Below, one piece after another: positions 18,798 to 27,421 of a stretch of 64,000 nt of DNA. Position 1 is the first letter of the stretch. The number at the start of each line of letters is the position of its first letter. The DNA is taken from assembly GCA_963752985.1 (NCBI GenBank), contig CAVWAN010000012.1, positions 98,933 through 162,932 on the forward strand, given 5' to 3'. The notes below the pieces were generated by a model. That model was not told the DNA's origin. It did not search any database and saw only the letters and a program-made list of their open reading frames with translations. A program made the translations under genes and the position numbers. This DNA comes from an uncultured Acidobacteriaceae bacterium. GTDB taxonomy: Bacteria > Acidobacteriota > Terriglobia > Terriglobales > Acidobacteriaceae.

Positions 18798-19995
18798 AAT
18801 TTCCAGACCTCGCACGTTCGCGGTGTGCATAGGCGCGGCCGTCCTCGCGACTCTCTCGTGTCTGCTGTACGTGCCAGTCACAATTCACTGTTTTCAAATC
18901 GGGGGCGATTACGCGAAACACCTCGAGTTTGCCGAGAAGATGTATCGGACCCACCAACTTGTCGTGCCACAGTTCCTCTTTCATTTCTTGACCATCGGAG
19001 TGGTTGAACTGGCAGGCACCAGTTTCCAGTCAGCTGCATTATTAGTGCTTGGAGCGTCTTACGGACTCACCGGATTGCTGGTATACCGCGAGACGGCCAG
19101 AGTGCTCATAGCAGCCCAGTCTTCAAAACAGGCTTTGTGGGGGGGAGCCATGGTCGCGCTGTTATTGGGGCTTGCTGTGTTGTTTATGCAGCCGATCCTA
19201 AGGCCCAATCAGTCCCATGTCTATCAAATCGGCTATTTGTGGGCTGAGCCGTACCGGAGTCCAACGTATTCGCTTATGAAGCCCTTGGCCTTGGCCTCAG
19301 CCGTCAGCGCTCTCGCGTTTCTCACATCAACTACCACCTCCCGGTTCGCGGTAATGACAGCAGCGATTGCGACTGCTGCGGGAGCCTTGGCCAAGCCAAG
19401 CTTTGTAATCTGCTTGATGCCTGCCGTGGTCATCCTCGGAGCACTGCGGTCAAAAGACCATCAAGCGGTTGATTGGAAAGCGATCACGCTGGGTCTCCTG
19501 GCGCCGGGAGCGCTCATCGTGCTGTTGCAGTACTACCTTTCCTACAGTGGGCTTGGTCCTGAAGGGATGTACCGAAACGCGGTCGTGTTCGCTCCGCTCA
19601 AGTTTTTCAGGGACCACGAGGTGAGCTATTTGCCCGCGAAGTTTGCGCTTTCCGTGGCATTCCCCGCCGCAGTCTATTTGCTTTATTGGAAATGTTCTCG
19701 GCGAGATCTTCCACTGAATTTCGCCTTTCTCCTGTTTGCATTTGGTGCGGGCTACGGCGTTTTCTTGGCAGAAGCGCAGAACTCAGGGCATGGGAATCTT
19801 ATTTGGGGCGCCTATATCACGCTTTTCATTCTCTACCTGTTCTCGGCGACATTCCTCGTCCGCCAGTTGAAGACGGCGTCATGGAAAGGCATGGAGGGAG
19901 TTCGTCATATCGCGGTGATTGCGCTACTGTTGGCCCACGTAGGCAGTGGGATCCTTACCCACGTTGCAACCCTGCACCAACAGCGCGGCCTTTAG
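18736..19995 (+). CDS. polytopic membrane protein (possible GT-C-like or acceptor-specific partner)
   Basis: The GTG at 18736 lies 9 nt after AAGGAG. About 419 aa with 10 or more helices. The first 20 codons lie inside repeat copy 1. An alternative start is the ATG at 18781. Confidence 0.6.
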   Translation: MTAGGLVLLLLTAPRMAVANLISRPRTFAVCIGAAVLATLSCLLYVPVTIHCFQIGGDYAKHLEFAEKMYRTHQLVVPQFLFHFLTIGVVELAGTSFQSAALLVLGASYGLTGLLVYRETARVLIAAQSSKQALWGGAMVALLLGLAVLFMQPILRPNQSHVYQIGYLWAEPYRSPTYSLMKPLALASAVSALAFLTSTTTSRFAVMTAAIATAAGALAKPSFVICLMPAVVILGALRSKDHQAVDWKAITLGLLAPGALIVLLQYYLSYSGLGPEGMYRNAVVFAPLKFFRDHEVSYLPAKFALSVAFPAAVYLLYWKCSRRDLPLNFAFLLFAFGAGYGVFLAEAQNSGHGNLIWGAYITLFILYLFSATFLVRQLKTASWKGMEGVRHIAVIALLLAHVGSGILTHVATLHQQRGL

Positions 19996-20035
19996 ATTGT
20001 CGAATCGAAAGCGGCTCCTAAGTCTTTCTCCCGCA

Positions 20036-20172
20036 TGCCGCCATCAGCAACGCAAGTGTGGTAGTTTGATTGAATCTTTGCAATACTCTGGAAGTAAGGA
20101 GCGAGATGCCGTGACCGCTGGGGGCTTTCTGCTGTTGCTGCTTACTGCTCTGTGCATGGCAGTGGCGAACCT
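20036..20172 (+). repeat. 137-bp direct repeat, copy 2
   Basis: See copy 1. It covers the leader, RBS and first ~20 codons of the ArnE/F-like gene. Confidence 0.9.
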
Positions 20173-20473
20173 GTTGATGAAAAATGGCATTACCGCGGCT
20201 GGGGGTTTTGCCCCGTCATTGGCGGCCCTGCTGCGGTTGGGTCAACAAGTGCAGTTCGTCAGTGGGTTTTTGCTTTCAGGCATCGCGGCTCTTATGTGGT
20301 TCCACATTCTGGCGACGCAGAAGCTTTCGACCTGCTATCCGCTTTTCGTGGGTCTCACCTATTCGTTAATCACTCTGGCGGCGTTCTGCTTCTTGCACGA
20401 AAGAATTTCGCTACAGAAGCTGGCGGGGCTGGTGGTGATCGTTGCCGGAATAACGGCGGTGGCCCGTGGGTGA
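20111..20473 (+). CDS. small EamA/SMR-like 4-TM protein, ArnE/ArnF-type lipid-linked sugar flippase subunit
   Basis: The GTG at 20111 follows AAGGAG. 120 aa with four helices (MTAGGFLLLLLTALCMAVANLLMKNG ... LAGLVVIVAGITAVARG). It sits directly upstream of an ArnC-like GT2. Confidence 0.7.
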   Translation: MTAGGFLLLLLTALCMAVANLLMKNGITAAGGFAPSLAALLRLGQQVQFVSGFLLSGIAALMWFHILATQKLSTCYPLFVGLTYSLITLAAFCFLHERISLQKLAGLVVIVAGITAVARG

Positions 20474-21514
20474 GTGCCGGTGAAAGGATCGCTAACCATT
20501 CCTGGTAGCCCGGGCGTCCCGCTTTCGCGGAGCCCCGGCCTCTCCGTCGTCATTCCCGTGTACCGCAGCCAGGCGATCCTTCCAGACTTGGTCCGCCGAT
20601 TGCAACCCGTGCTCGTCGCCCTTGCGCAGAATTTCGAGCTCATTCTGGTCAACGACTGCAGCCCCGACGACAGTTGGGATGTCATCTCCCATCTGGCTGC
20701 GCAGTGTTCCTGGATTCATCCCATCAACCTCATGCGCAATTATGGCCAGCACAACGCGTTGCTGTGCGGCATTCGAGCCGCCCGCCACGGTGTTATCGTC
20801 ACGATGGATGACGATCTGCAACATCCTCCGGAGGAGATTCCGAAGCTGCTCGCCAAGTTGGCCGAAGGTTTTGACGTCGTCTACGGTACGCCAGAGTACG
20901 AGCAGCACGGACTCGGTCGGGACTTCGCCTCCTGGATTACCAAAATCGCTCTGCAGAACGTCATGGGGGCGGAGATTGCCCGCAAAATAAGCGCCTTTCG
21001 GGCTTTTCGCCGGGAGGTGGTTAGCGCCTTCGCGCATTACAGCGGAGCCTTCGTTTCGATTGACGTCTTATTGACTTGGGGCACAAACCGCTTTTCTCTG
21101 GTGACGGTGCGTCACGAGCAGAGGAAAGCTGGGGTGTCCGGGTACACGATTCGAAAGCTCGTGACTCATGCTATGAACATGATGACCGGCTTCAGCGCGG
21201 TGCCGTTGCAGTTTGCCAGCGTCGTGGGTTTTCTTTTTACGCTGTTCGGCATCGCAGTTCTAGCGTATGTGGTCGGGAGGTTCCTGGTGCAGGGAGGGAG
21301 CGTGCCAGGCTTCCCATTCCTTGCATCGATCATTGCTTTATTTTCGGGAGCGCAGCTGTTTGCATTGGGAATCATCGGTGAGTATCTGGCGCGAATGCAC
21401 TTCCGCATGATGGAACGTCCGAGCTATGTTGTCCGCGAAAGCCTGGACGGGGAAAAAACGGCGAGTGCGACCTCGGAGAATGTAGATTCTGAGTGTCGCC
21501 GTGCGGCTATGTAA
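20474..21514 (+). CDS. polyprenyl-phosphate glycosyltransferase, GT2 (ArnC/GtrB-like)
   Basis: LSVVIPVYRSQ, ELILVNDCSPDDS, NLMRNYGQHNAL, VTMDDDLQHPPEEIPKL and two C-terminal helices with GAQLFALGIIGEYLARM align closely with ArnC as remembered. Confidence 0.85.
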   Translation: MPVKGSLTIPGSPGVPLSRSPGLSVVIPVYRSQAILPDLVRRLQPVLVALAQNFELILVNDCSPDDSWDVISHLAAQCSWIHPINLMRNYGQHNALLCGIRAARHGVIVTMDDDLQHPPEEIPKLLAKLAEGFDVVYGTPEYEQHGLGRDFASWITKIALQNVMGAEIARKISAFRAFRREVVSAFAHYSGAFVSIDVLLTWGTNRFSLVTVRHEQRKAGVSGYTIRKLVTHAMNMMTGFSAVPLQFASVVGFLFTLFGIAVLAYVVGRFLVQGGSVPGFPFLASIIALFSGAQLFALGIIGEYLARMHFRMMERPSYVVRESLDGEKTASATSENVDSECRRAAM

Positions 21515-21545
21515 GTTTGCGAATCGAGAAGTCGGAGTAGGATAG

Positions 21546-22292
21546 ATGGCAGGTATTACGGGAATGCAGGCCGCAGAATTTTCGCAGATTGACAGCGGCC
21601 GGTTCGGGATACGTGTCGCAAGAGCACAGATCGTCCCCGACAATCTGCCGCGCGTGTTGGATTTCTGTGCTGCCGAGAAGATAGACCTGATAATCGCGCG
21701 TTGCTCCACCAACGATCTCGCTACGGCTCAGAACATGGAGATGCATGGGTTCCTCCTAATGGATACCCTCGTCTACTACCGCTTCGATTTGCTAAAGCGG
21801 GCGATCCCCGAGGACAAGGGACAATTGCTCGTGCGCACGCTTCAACCGGAAGACAAAGATCAGGTTCGTAGTGTCGCGAAAGAGGCCTTTAAGGGTTACA
21901 TGGGCCACTACCATGCTGATCGCCGATTGGACAGGCGCAAATGCAACGAGACATACGCTTCTTGGGCGGAACGATCCTGCATCCCAAAGACTGCTGCTGA
22001 TCATGTTCTCGTTGCCGACCGCAACGGCAAAGTCGCTGGATTTGCAACCTTGCGCCTGAATTCCTCGCAGGAAGTTGAGGGACTTCTTTACGCGGTGGTT
22101 CCGGAATGCCAAAGGCACGGAGTGTGCGGGTCCTTGATGATTCACAGTTTGCGGTGGACTGCTTCTCAGGGTGCGCAGCGCATGATCATTTCAACGCAAG
22201 TGACGAACGTTTCCATGCAGAAGGTTTGGTGTCGCGTCGGTTTCGAACCCAGTCACTCGTACTATACCTTTCACAAATGGTTTGATCGATGA
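21546..22292 (+). CDS. GNAT N-acetyltransferase, WecD (dTDP-fucosamine acetyltransferase)-like
   Basis: Two-domain layout: an N-terminal FGIRVARAQ region followed by a GNAT core (GFATLRL...LLYAVVPECQRHGVCGSLM). It lies immediately upstream of, and overlaps, the WecE-like gene. Confidence 0.65.
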   Translation: MAGITGMQAAEFSQIDSGRFGIRVARAQIVPDNLPRVLDFCAAEKIDLIIARCSTNDLATAQNMEMHGFLLMDTLVYYRFDLLKRAIPEDKGQLLVRTLQPEDKDQVRSVAKEAFKGYMGHYHADRRLDRRKCNETYASWAERSCIPKTAADHVLVADRNGKVAGFATLRLNSSQEVEGLLYAVVPECQRHGVCGSLMIHSLRWTASQGAQRMIISTQVTNVSMQKVWCRVGFEPSHSYYTFHKWFDR

Positions 22293-23449
22293 CCTATCGC
22301 ATTCCATTTAACCGGCCCTGCCTCGCGGGCAATGAATACCAGTACATTGCGGAAGCCATTGCCAATGGGCACGCCTCCGGCGACGGGCCTTTTACCCGCA
22401 AGTGTCACCAACTTCTGGAAAGGGAACTAGGGGTTCCACGGGTCCTGCTGACAACGTCCTGTACCCATGCCCTGGAGATGGCAGCGCTCCTGCTCGACTG
22501 CGGTCCCGAGGACGAAGTCATCGTGCCGTCATTTACTTTTGTCTCGACGGCGAATGCTTTCGCGCTGCGAGGAACACGTCTGGTATTTGCCGACATTCGT
22601 CTCGACACACTGAATCTCGATGAGAGGCGTTTGGAGTCCTTGATCACACCGCGAACCAAGGCGATCGTTGTGGTTCACTATGCCGGAGTTGCCTGCGAGA
22701 TGGATTCGATTCTGGCGATCGCATCCCGCCACGGTGTCCGTGTCGTGGAGGACAATGCGCACGGCCTGTTCTCTCGCTATAAGGGCACCTATACGGGAAC
22801 ACTCGGCTGCCTCGCGACCCAGAGCTTCCACGAGACCAAGAACTTCACTTGCGGAGAAGGCGGAGCGCTGGTCATCAACGACGCCACGCTGCTGGAACGA
22901 GCACTCGTGATTCGCGAAAAAGGAACCAACCGCAGCCGCTTCTTTCGTGGCGAAGTGGACAAATACACGTGGGTCGACCTCGGCTCCAGCTATTTGCCCT
23001 CGGATCTGCTGGCCGCATTTCTCTACGCGCAGCTCGAGGCCCGAGAGACGATTCAGCAAAAACGACGGCGGGTCTGGAATCGATACCAGGAATCGTTGGC
23101 CGGATGGGCCGAGAGTAGCGACGTCAGACTGCCGGTGATTCCGCCGGAGTGCGAACAGTCCTATCACATGTTCTACATGCTTTTACCTTCGATTGAGCAC
23201 CGCGATTCGTTGATTTCACAATTGAAAGAGCAGAGCATTCTCGGCGTCTTCCACTACACTCCGCTTCATCTTTCGGAGGCGGGCCTGAAGTATGCAGCTG
23301 GTCCCTCGAACTGCCCGGTCACGGAAGAGGTCAGCGGGCGGCTGCTGCGTTTACCCTTCTACAACGATCTCAGCGAAAGCGAGCAGGACCAGGTTACCGG
23401 GGCGGTAACGAATTCGCGGTTTCGTTCGCTGAGCCGTCATGCCAGCTAG
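22289..23449 (+). CDS. wecE: dTDP-4-amino-4,6-dideoxy-hexose transaminase (DegT/DnrJ/EryC1 family, WecE-like)
   Basis: IPFNRPCLAGNEYQYIAEAI..GDGPFTRKC, SCTHALEMAALLL, PSFTFVSTANAF, VVHYAGVACEMD, SFHETKNFTCGEGGAL, REKGTNRSRFFRGEVDKYTWVDLGSSYLPSDL and VFHYTPLH are collinear with E. coli WecE as remembered. Confidence 0.85.
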   Translation: MTYRIPFNRPCLAGNEYQYIAEAIANGHASGDGPFTRKCHQLLERELGVPRVLLTTSCTHALEMAALLLDCGPEDEVIVPSFTFVSTANAFALRGTRLVFADIRLDTLNLDERRLESLITPRTKAIVVVHYAGVACEMDSILAIASRHGVRVVEDNAHGLFSRYKGTYTGTLGCLATQSFHETKNFTCGEGGALVINDATLLERALVIREKGTNRSRFFRGEVDKYTWVDLGSSYLPSDLLAAFLYAQLEARETIQQKRRRVWNRYQESLAGWAESSDVRLPVIPPECEQSYHMFYMLLPSIEHRDSLISQLKEQSILGVFHYTPLHLSEAGLKYAAGPSNCPVTEEVSGRLLRLPFYNDLSESEQDQVTGAVTNSRFRSLSRHAS

Positions 23450-23462
23450 CCCACTCGTGGAG

Positions 23463-23503
23463 GGACGGGCGTCCTCGCCCGTCCAAGCCGAGCGTAGCTC
23501 GGC
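23463..23503 (+). terminator. two tandem GC-rich hairpins downstream of wecE
   Basis: ggacgggcg-tcct-cgcccgtcc (23463-23484) and gccgagc-gta-gctcggc (23487-23503). There is no clear U-tract, so these may be REP-like rather than an intrinsic terminator. Confidence 0.4.
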
Positions 23504-23553
23504 AGTTGCCGGCCGTTGATGCGCGCGTAAGTTATGATGTCCCTTCCACCGTA

Positions 23554-25422
23554 ATGTGCGGAATCTTCGGCATCGTTTCTCGCGGCAGCGTCTCGCCCGA
23601 TCTTCTGGAAAAAGCGGCGCGCAGCCTTGCCCATCGCGGCCCGGACGATTCGGGCACCATCCACCTGAAGGCGGCTGACCGGGAGATCGGCTTCGCTCAC
23701 ACCCGCCTCTCCATCATTGATCTCTCGCCGCTCGGACATCAGCCCATGCAGGATCCGGTGACCGGTAACTGGATCGTCTACAACGGCGAGATCTACAACT
23801 TCCGTGAACTTCGCAAAGAACTTGAAGCCGCCGGCGCGGAGTTCAAAAGCCATTCCGACACGGAAGTGATTCTGGCTGCCTATCGTGTGTGGGGCGAGTC
23901 TTGCCTGACGCGGCTGGGCGGTATGTTCGCGTTTGCCCTTTGGGACGCGCCTCGAAAGCGGGTGCTGCTGGCGCGCGATCCCATGGGAATCAAGCCGCTC
24001 TATTACCACCAGTCAGATCAGAGTTTTATTTTTGCTTCGGAGGTGCGAACGCTTTTACGGACGGGACTGGTGCCGCGAAGGGCTGATCCCACCGGGATTC
24101 TGAGCTACCTGGCGTTCGGGTCCGTGTACGAGCCATGGACGATGGTGGAAGGAGTGATGGCCGTTCCGCCGGGACATGTGCTGACAGTAGAGAACGGAGC
24201 GGTGCGCAGCCGCGAATACTGGAATCCGCTGCAACCTTCTGGAAACACGGCGGCGGATAACCTACCCGCGATTCTGCGCGATGCCGTGTTGTCGCACCTG
24301 GTGAGTGACGTACCTGTCGGAGTGTTTCTTTCGGGCGGAATTGATTCCAGCGCTCTGGTCGCCGTCCTCAGCCGCAATGGGGTGCGCGCAAACACCTTCT
24401 CGCTGGTATTCCAGGAAGCGGAGTTCAACGAAGGGCAGTATTCGCGGGAGATTGCCCGTCGTTTCGGCAGCGAGCATCATGAGATTCCCGTCTCGCAACA
24501 AGACATGCTGGCGGTATTGCCCGCCGCTCTGTGCGCGATGGACCAGCCGACTATCGACGGCATCAATACGTATCTCGTATCCGCCAAAACGCGGGCGGCC
24601 GGAGTCAAGGTCGCGCTGACCGGCCTGGGCGCCGACGAGATGTTTGCCGGCTACTCGAATTTTCGCCGTGTGCCGAAGATGGAAGCCTTTTCCAGGCGAT
24701 TTGGCCGACTGCCGAGGCTGGTGCGCCGGCCACTTTCCGCCTCCCTGGCGCTGTTCGGCGGCAAGGGCGATCGCAGCCGCAAGCTGGCCGAGTTGGCCGC
24801 CGGCCATGATTCCACGCTTCGTCCGAACTTCGTCCATCCGTATTTCCTGGTGCGCACGCTGTTTGGAGCGGCGGAGCGCGAGGCGCTGGTGAACACGGGT
24901 CTTGAAGATTCGAAAAGCGCTCTCGAAAGCGTTTTGCGAGAATCCATTGCGCAGAGTTCAAATCTTGATCCGGTCAATCGCGTTTCTTACCTGGAATCGC
25001 ATTGGTATATGCGCAATACGCTGCTCCGGGATTCAGATTTCATGAGCATGGCGCATGGCCTCGAGCTGCGCGTTCCTTTTCTCGATCGGACGCTGGTCGA
25101 GGCCTGCTTTCGCATTCCGGGGGCTGAGAAGTTACAAGGGCACTCGCCCAAGGGACTGCTGCTGGCGAGCCTGGGTGTCGAGTTACCCAGGGAGATCGTG
25201 AACCGTCCCAAACGCGGATTCACTTTGCCGTTCGAGCGATGGCTGCGTGGTGAGATGAGGCCGGTGGTCGAAGACGCGCTGCTCAGGAGTAATTGGGATC
25301 AGACTCCCATCAGCGCCAGCGCCGTGGGAGACGTGTGGGAGCGCTTTGTTGCGGGGGAGACTTCATGGTCCCGCCCCTGGTCCCTTTTCGTGCTGAAGCG
25401 CTGGTGCGAGCAGAACCTGTGA
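23554..25422 (+). CDS. asnB: asparagine synthase (glutamine-hydrolysing) family amidotransferase (AsnB/WbpS-like)
   Basis: The MCGIFGIV N-terminal nucleophile Cys is at ATG 23554. HRGPDD and the SGGIDSS PP-loop are present. About 622 aa. Confidence 0.9.
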   Translation: MCGIFGIVSRGSVSPDLLEKAARSLAHRGPDDSGTIHLKAADREIGFAHTRLSIIDLSPLGHQPMQDPVTGNWIVYNGEIYNFRELRKELEAAGAEFKSHSDTEVILAAYRVWGESCLTRLGGMFAFALWDAPRKRVLLARDPMGIKPLYYHQSDQSFIFASEVRTLLRTGLVPRRADPTGILSYLAFGSVYEPWTMVEGVMAVPPGHVLTVENGAVRSREYWNPLQPSGNTAADNLPAILRDAVLSHLVSDVPVGVFLSGGIDSSALVAVLSRNGVRANTFSLVFQEAEFNEGQYSREIARRFGSEHHEIPVSQQDMLAVLPAALCAMDQPTIDGINTYLVSAKTRAAGVKVALTGLGADEMFAGYSNFRRVPKMEAFSRRFGRLPRLVRRPLSASLALFGGKGDRSRKLAELAAGHDSTLRPNFVHPYFLVRTLFGAAEREALVNTGLEDSKSALESVLRESIAQSSNLDPVNRVSYLESHWYMRNTLLRDSDFMSMAHGLELRVPFLDRTLVEACFRIPGAEKLQGHSPKGLLLASLGVELPREIVNRPKRGFTLPFERWLRGEMRPVVEDALLRSNWDQTPISASAVGDVWERFVAGETSWSRPWSLFVLKRWCEQNL

Positions 25423-25586
25423 AGGTCATTGCCCGCGCCCGTCTGGCGGCGGAACTCGGGCGGGACGGTCTTAAGTTAATAATCGAAAATCGATAATCGA
25501 AACGTCAACCATCAGCGTCGACCATCTTTCATTCTAGAATGCCCTCAGTTCAGCTAACATAGTGGAACCTTCTATCTGCCAACGGA

Positions 25587-26495
25587 ATGGACTTGATCGA
25601 AGCAAAATCAGAGGTTAAGGCGTCGAACTCGAGCGCTGCTGTACAGGTGCTCCCTGTAAGTGTGATCGTTCCGGTTCGCAATGAGGCCCGCAACCTGCCG
25701 CACTGCCTGGAGTCGCTTGCGGGGTTCGGCGAAGTGTATGTCATCGATTCGCAGAGCACGGACGACACGGTTGCTATCGCTCAGTCGAGTGGGGCGAAGG
25801 TGGTCCAATTTCGATATGCGGGAGGGTGGCCGAAGAAGCGCCAATGGGCCATGGACACACTTCCTCTGGCCTATGATTGGGTACTGCTCGTGGATGCCGA
25901 TGAAGCTCTCACTCCCGCGTTGGCGGCGGAAATAAGGCAGGCCATCCAGAATCCAGACTTTGATGGCTACTACATCGCGCTGCAGATGTATTTTCTTGGC
26001 CGGGTCTTGCGTCACGGCGGCGCGAACTTCTACAAGCTCTCGCTCTTCCGCCACCGCAAAGGCCGTTTCGAATGCCGCCTCAAGAACCAGGATACTTCGA
26101 TGGCTGACATGGAGGTGCATGAGCATGTCGTGGTCGAGGGGAAAACCGGGACGTTGAGAAACTCTCTTATCCATCACAATGTCGAGTCGCTTTCCCGCTA
26201 TATCCAGAAGCACGATGAGTACTCAAATTGGGAGGCGCGGGTCTGGTTGGAGGGAGAAGCGGGCTATGGCGATCTGCCGCCATCGTTGTTCGGAACCCAG
26301 GCCCAACGCCGGCGCTGGCTGAAAAAGAAGTTCTTGCCCGTTCCAGGTTCCCCGGTTCTTTTCTTTCTTTACCGCTATGTTTTCCGGTTGGGGTTTCTGG
26401 ACGGCACGCCGGGGCTAATTTATTGTGGTTTACAGGGTGCGCAACTCTTTAACGTGAAAGCCAAAATTTACGAATTGCATGCTAGGAAGGGCTGA
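25587..26495 (+). CDS. glycosyltransferase family 2
   Basis: VSVIVPVRNEARNLPHCLESL, VIDSQSTDDT, LLVDADE. Confidence 0.8.
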   Translation: MDLIEAKSEVKASNSSAAVQVLPVSVIVPVRNEARNLPHCLESLAGFGEVYVIDSQSTDDTVAIAQSSGAKVVQFRYAGGWPKKRQWAMDTLPLAYDWVLLVDADEALTPALAAEIRQAIQNPDFDGYYIALQMYFLGRVLRHGGANFYKLSLFRHRKGRFECRLKNQDTSMADMEVHEHVVVEGKTGTLRNSLIHHNVESLSRYIQKHDEYSNWEARVWLEGEAGYGDLPPSLFGTQAQRRRWLKKKFLPVPGSPVLFFLYRYVFRLGFLDGTPGLIYCGLQGAQLFNVKAKIYELHARKG

Positions 26496-26529
26496 CCCTG
26501 GCTCGCCATCAATTTCTGGAAGCGTCCAC

Positions 26530-27258
26530 ATGAATACCGAAGCTGAGGAATATGGACTTGAAGGAAAACCTCTGGAATCGGTTGCGTACCATAGGCAATT
26601 GGCGGGGGGTTGGGAGCAGCGTTACCGAAAGCGGTCTTTCCAAGCGCGCCGGGCCGTGCTGGTCGAGTGCCTGCAAGCGCGTGATCTGGCGGGCAGCAGT
26701 TGGCTCGATGCCGGCTGCGGCACGGGCACGCTTTCACGGTTGCTGGCGGAACGCGGATGCAGAGTCCTCGGTGTGGATGCTGCCATGGAGATGGTCGAAG
26801 CTGCGGGCCAACTGGCGCAGGGCGGGGATAGGTCCGCTCAACTCAAGTTTGAACGGGTGGAAACCATTGCCCGGCTGCCTCTGGTGAGCAATTCGTGCGA
26901 TGGGGTTCTGTGTTCCAGCGTTCTAGAATATGTCTCCGACGTGGACGCGTGCCTGAAGGAATTTGCCAGAGTGTTGCGGCCGGGCGGCCTCTTGCTGGTG
27001 TCCGTGCCCAATCGACATTCGATTGTTCGTTTGACAGAGGCCGGATGCCACCGCTTGGGCAAGTGGCTGGGACAGAGTTGGGTTGCGTTCCTGGATTATT
27101 CGCGCAACCAGTATTCTGCCCATCAGTTTGAGCGCAGACTGGCTGCTTGCGGTTTCTGCTCAGAAAAAGTCGTGGCCTTTGGCAGCCCACTGCCGAAGTG
27201 GGCGCAGCGTAGCCGGTATGGCGGATCCCTGCTGATGTTTGTAGCAAGAAGAACCTGA
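26530..27258 (+). CDS. class I SAM-dependent methyltransferase
   Basis: WLDAGCGTGTLSRLLAERG (motif I) and LRPGGLLLVSVPN. The ATG at 26530 is preferred over 26479. Confidence 0.75.
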   Translation: MNTEAEEYGLEGKPLESVAYHRQLAGGWEQRYRKRSFQARRAVLVECLQARDLAGSSWLDAGCGTGTLSRLLAERGCRVLGVDAAMEMVEAAGQLAQGGDRSAQLKFERVETIARLPLVSNSCDGVLCSSVLEYVSDVDACLKEFARVLRPGGLLLVSVPNRHSIVRLTEAGCHRLGKWLGQSWVAFLDYSRNQYSAHQFERRLAACGFCSEKVVAFGSPLPKWAQRSRYGGSLLMFVARRT

Positions 27259-27302
27259 GTGTCCACGATGCAACGGCTAATTCAAGCTCGGCAGCCAAGC
27301 AA

Positions 27303-27395
27303 ATGAAGCAACTCCTCCAAGACGCGCGTACGGGTGAGTTAACGGTCGCCGAGGTCCCGGCTCCGCGGCCGCCCTGTGGGAAAATCGTCCAATAG
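27303..27395 (+). pseudogene. 30-codon remnant resembling the N-terminus of a bi-domain (GroES-like ADH + Gfo/Idh/MocA) oxidoreductase
   Basis: ATG...MKQLLQDARTGELTVAEVPAPRPPCGKIVQ* ends at TAG 27393-27395. The MKQ.LQ..RTGEL.V.EVP.P opening is characteristic of those oxidoreductases in polysaccharide loci, recalled from memory. Confidence 0.35.
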
Positions 27396-27421
27396 AAGTA
27401 AATGATGAAAGTTGAATTCGC

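Noticed and set aside
16788-20110. N-terminal extensions of track ORFs (16788, 18517, 19946; likewise 15713, 28296, 31744, 50547, 58760, 62298)
   Set aside because: - The extensions overlap the preceding genes or REP-like elements.
- They have non-protein-like composition.
- They are followed by better-placed internal starts with RBS-like sequences.
- Starts were moved accordingly but remain unverified.
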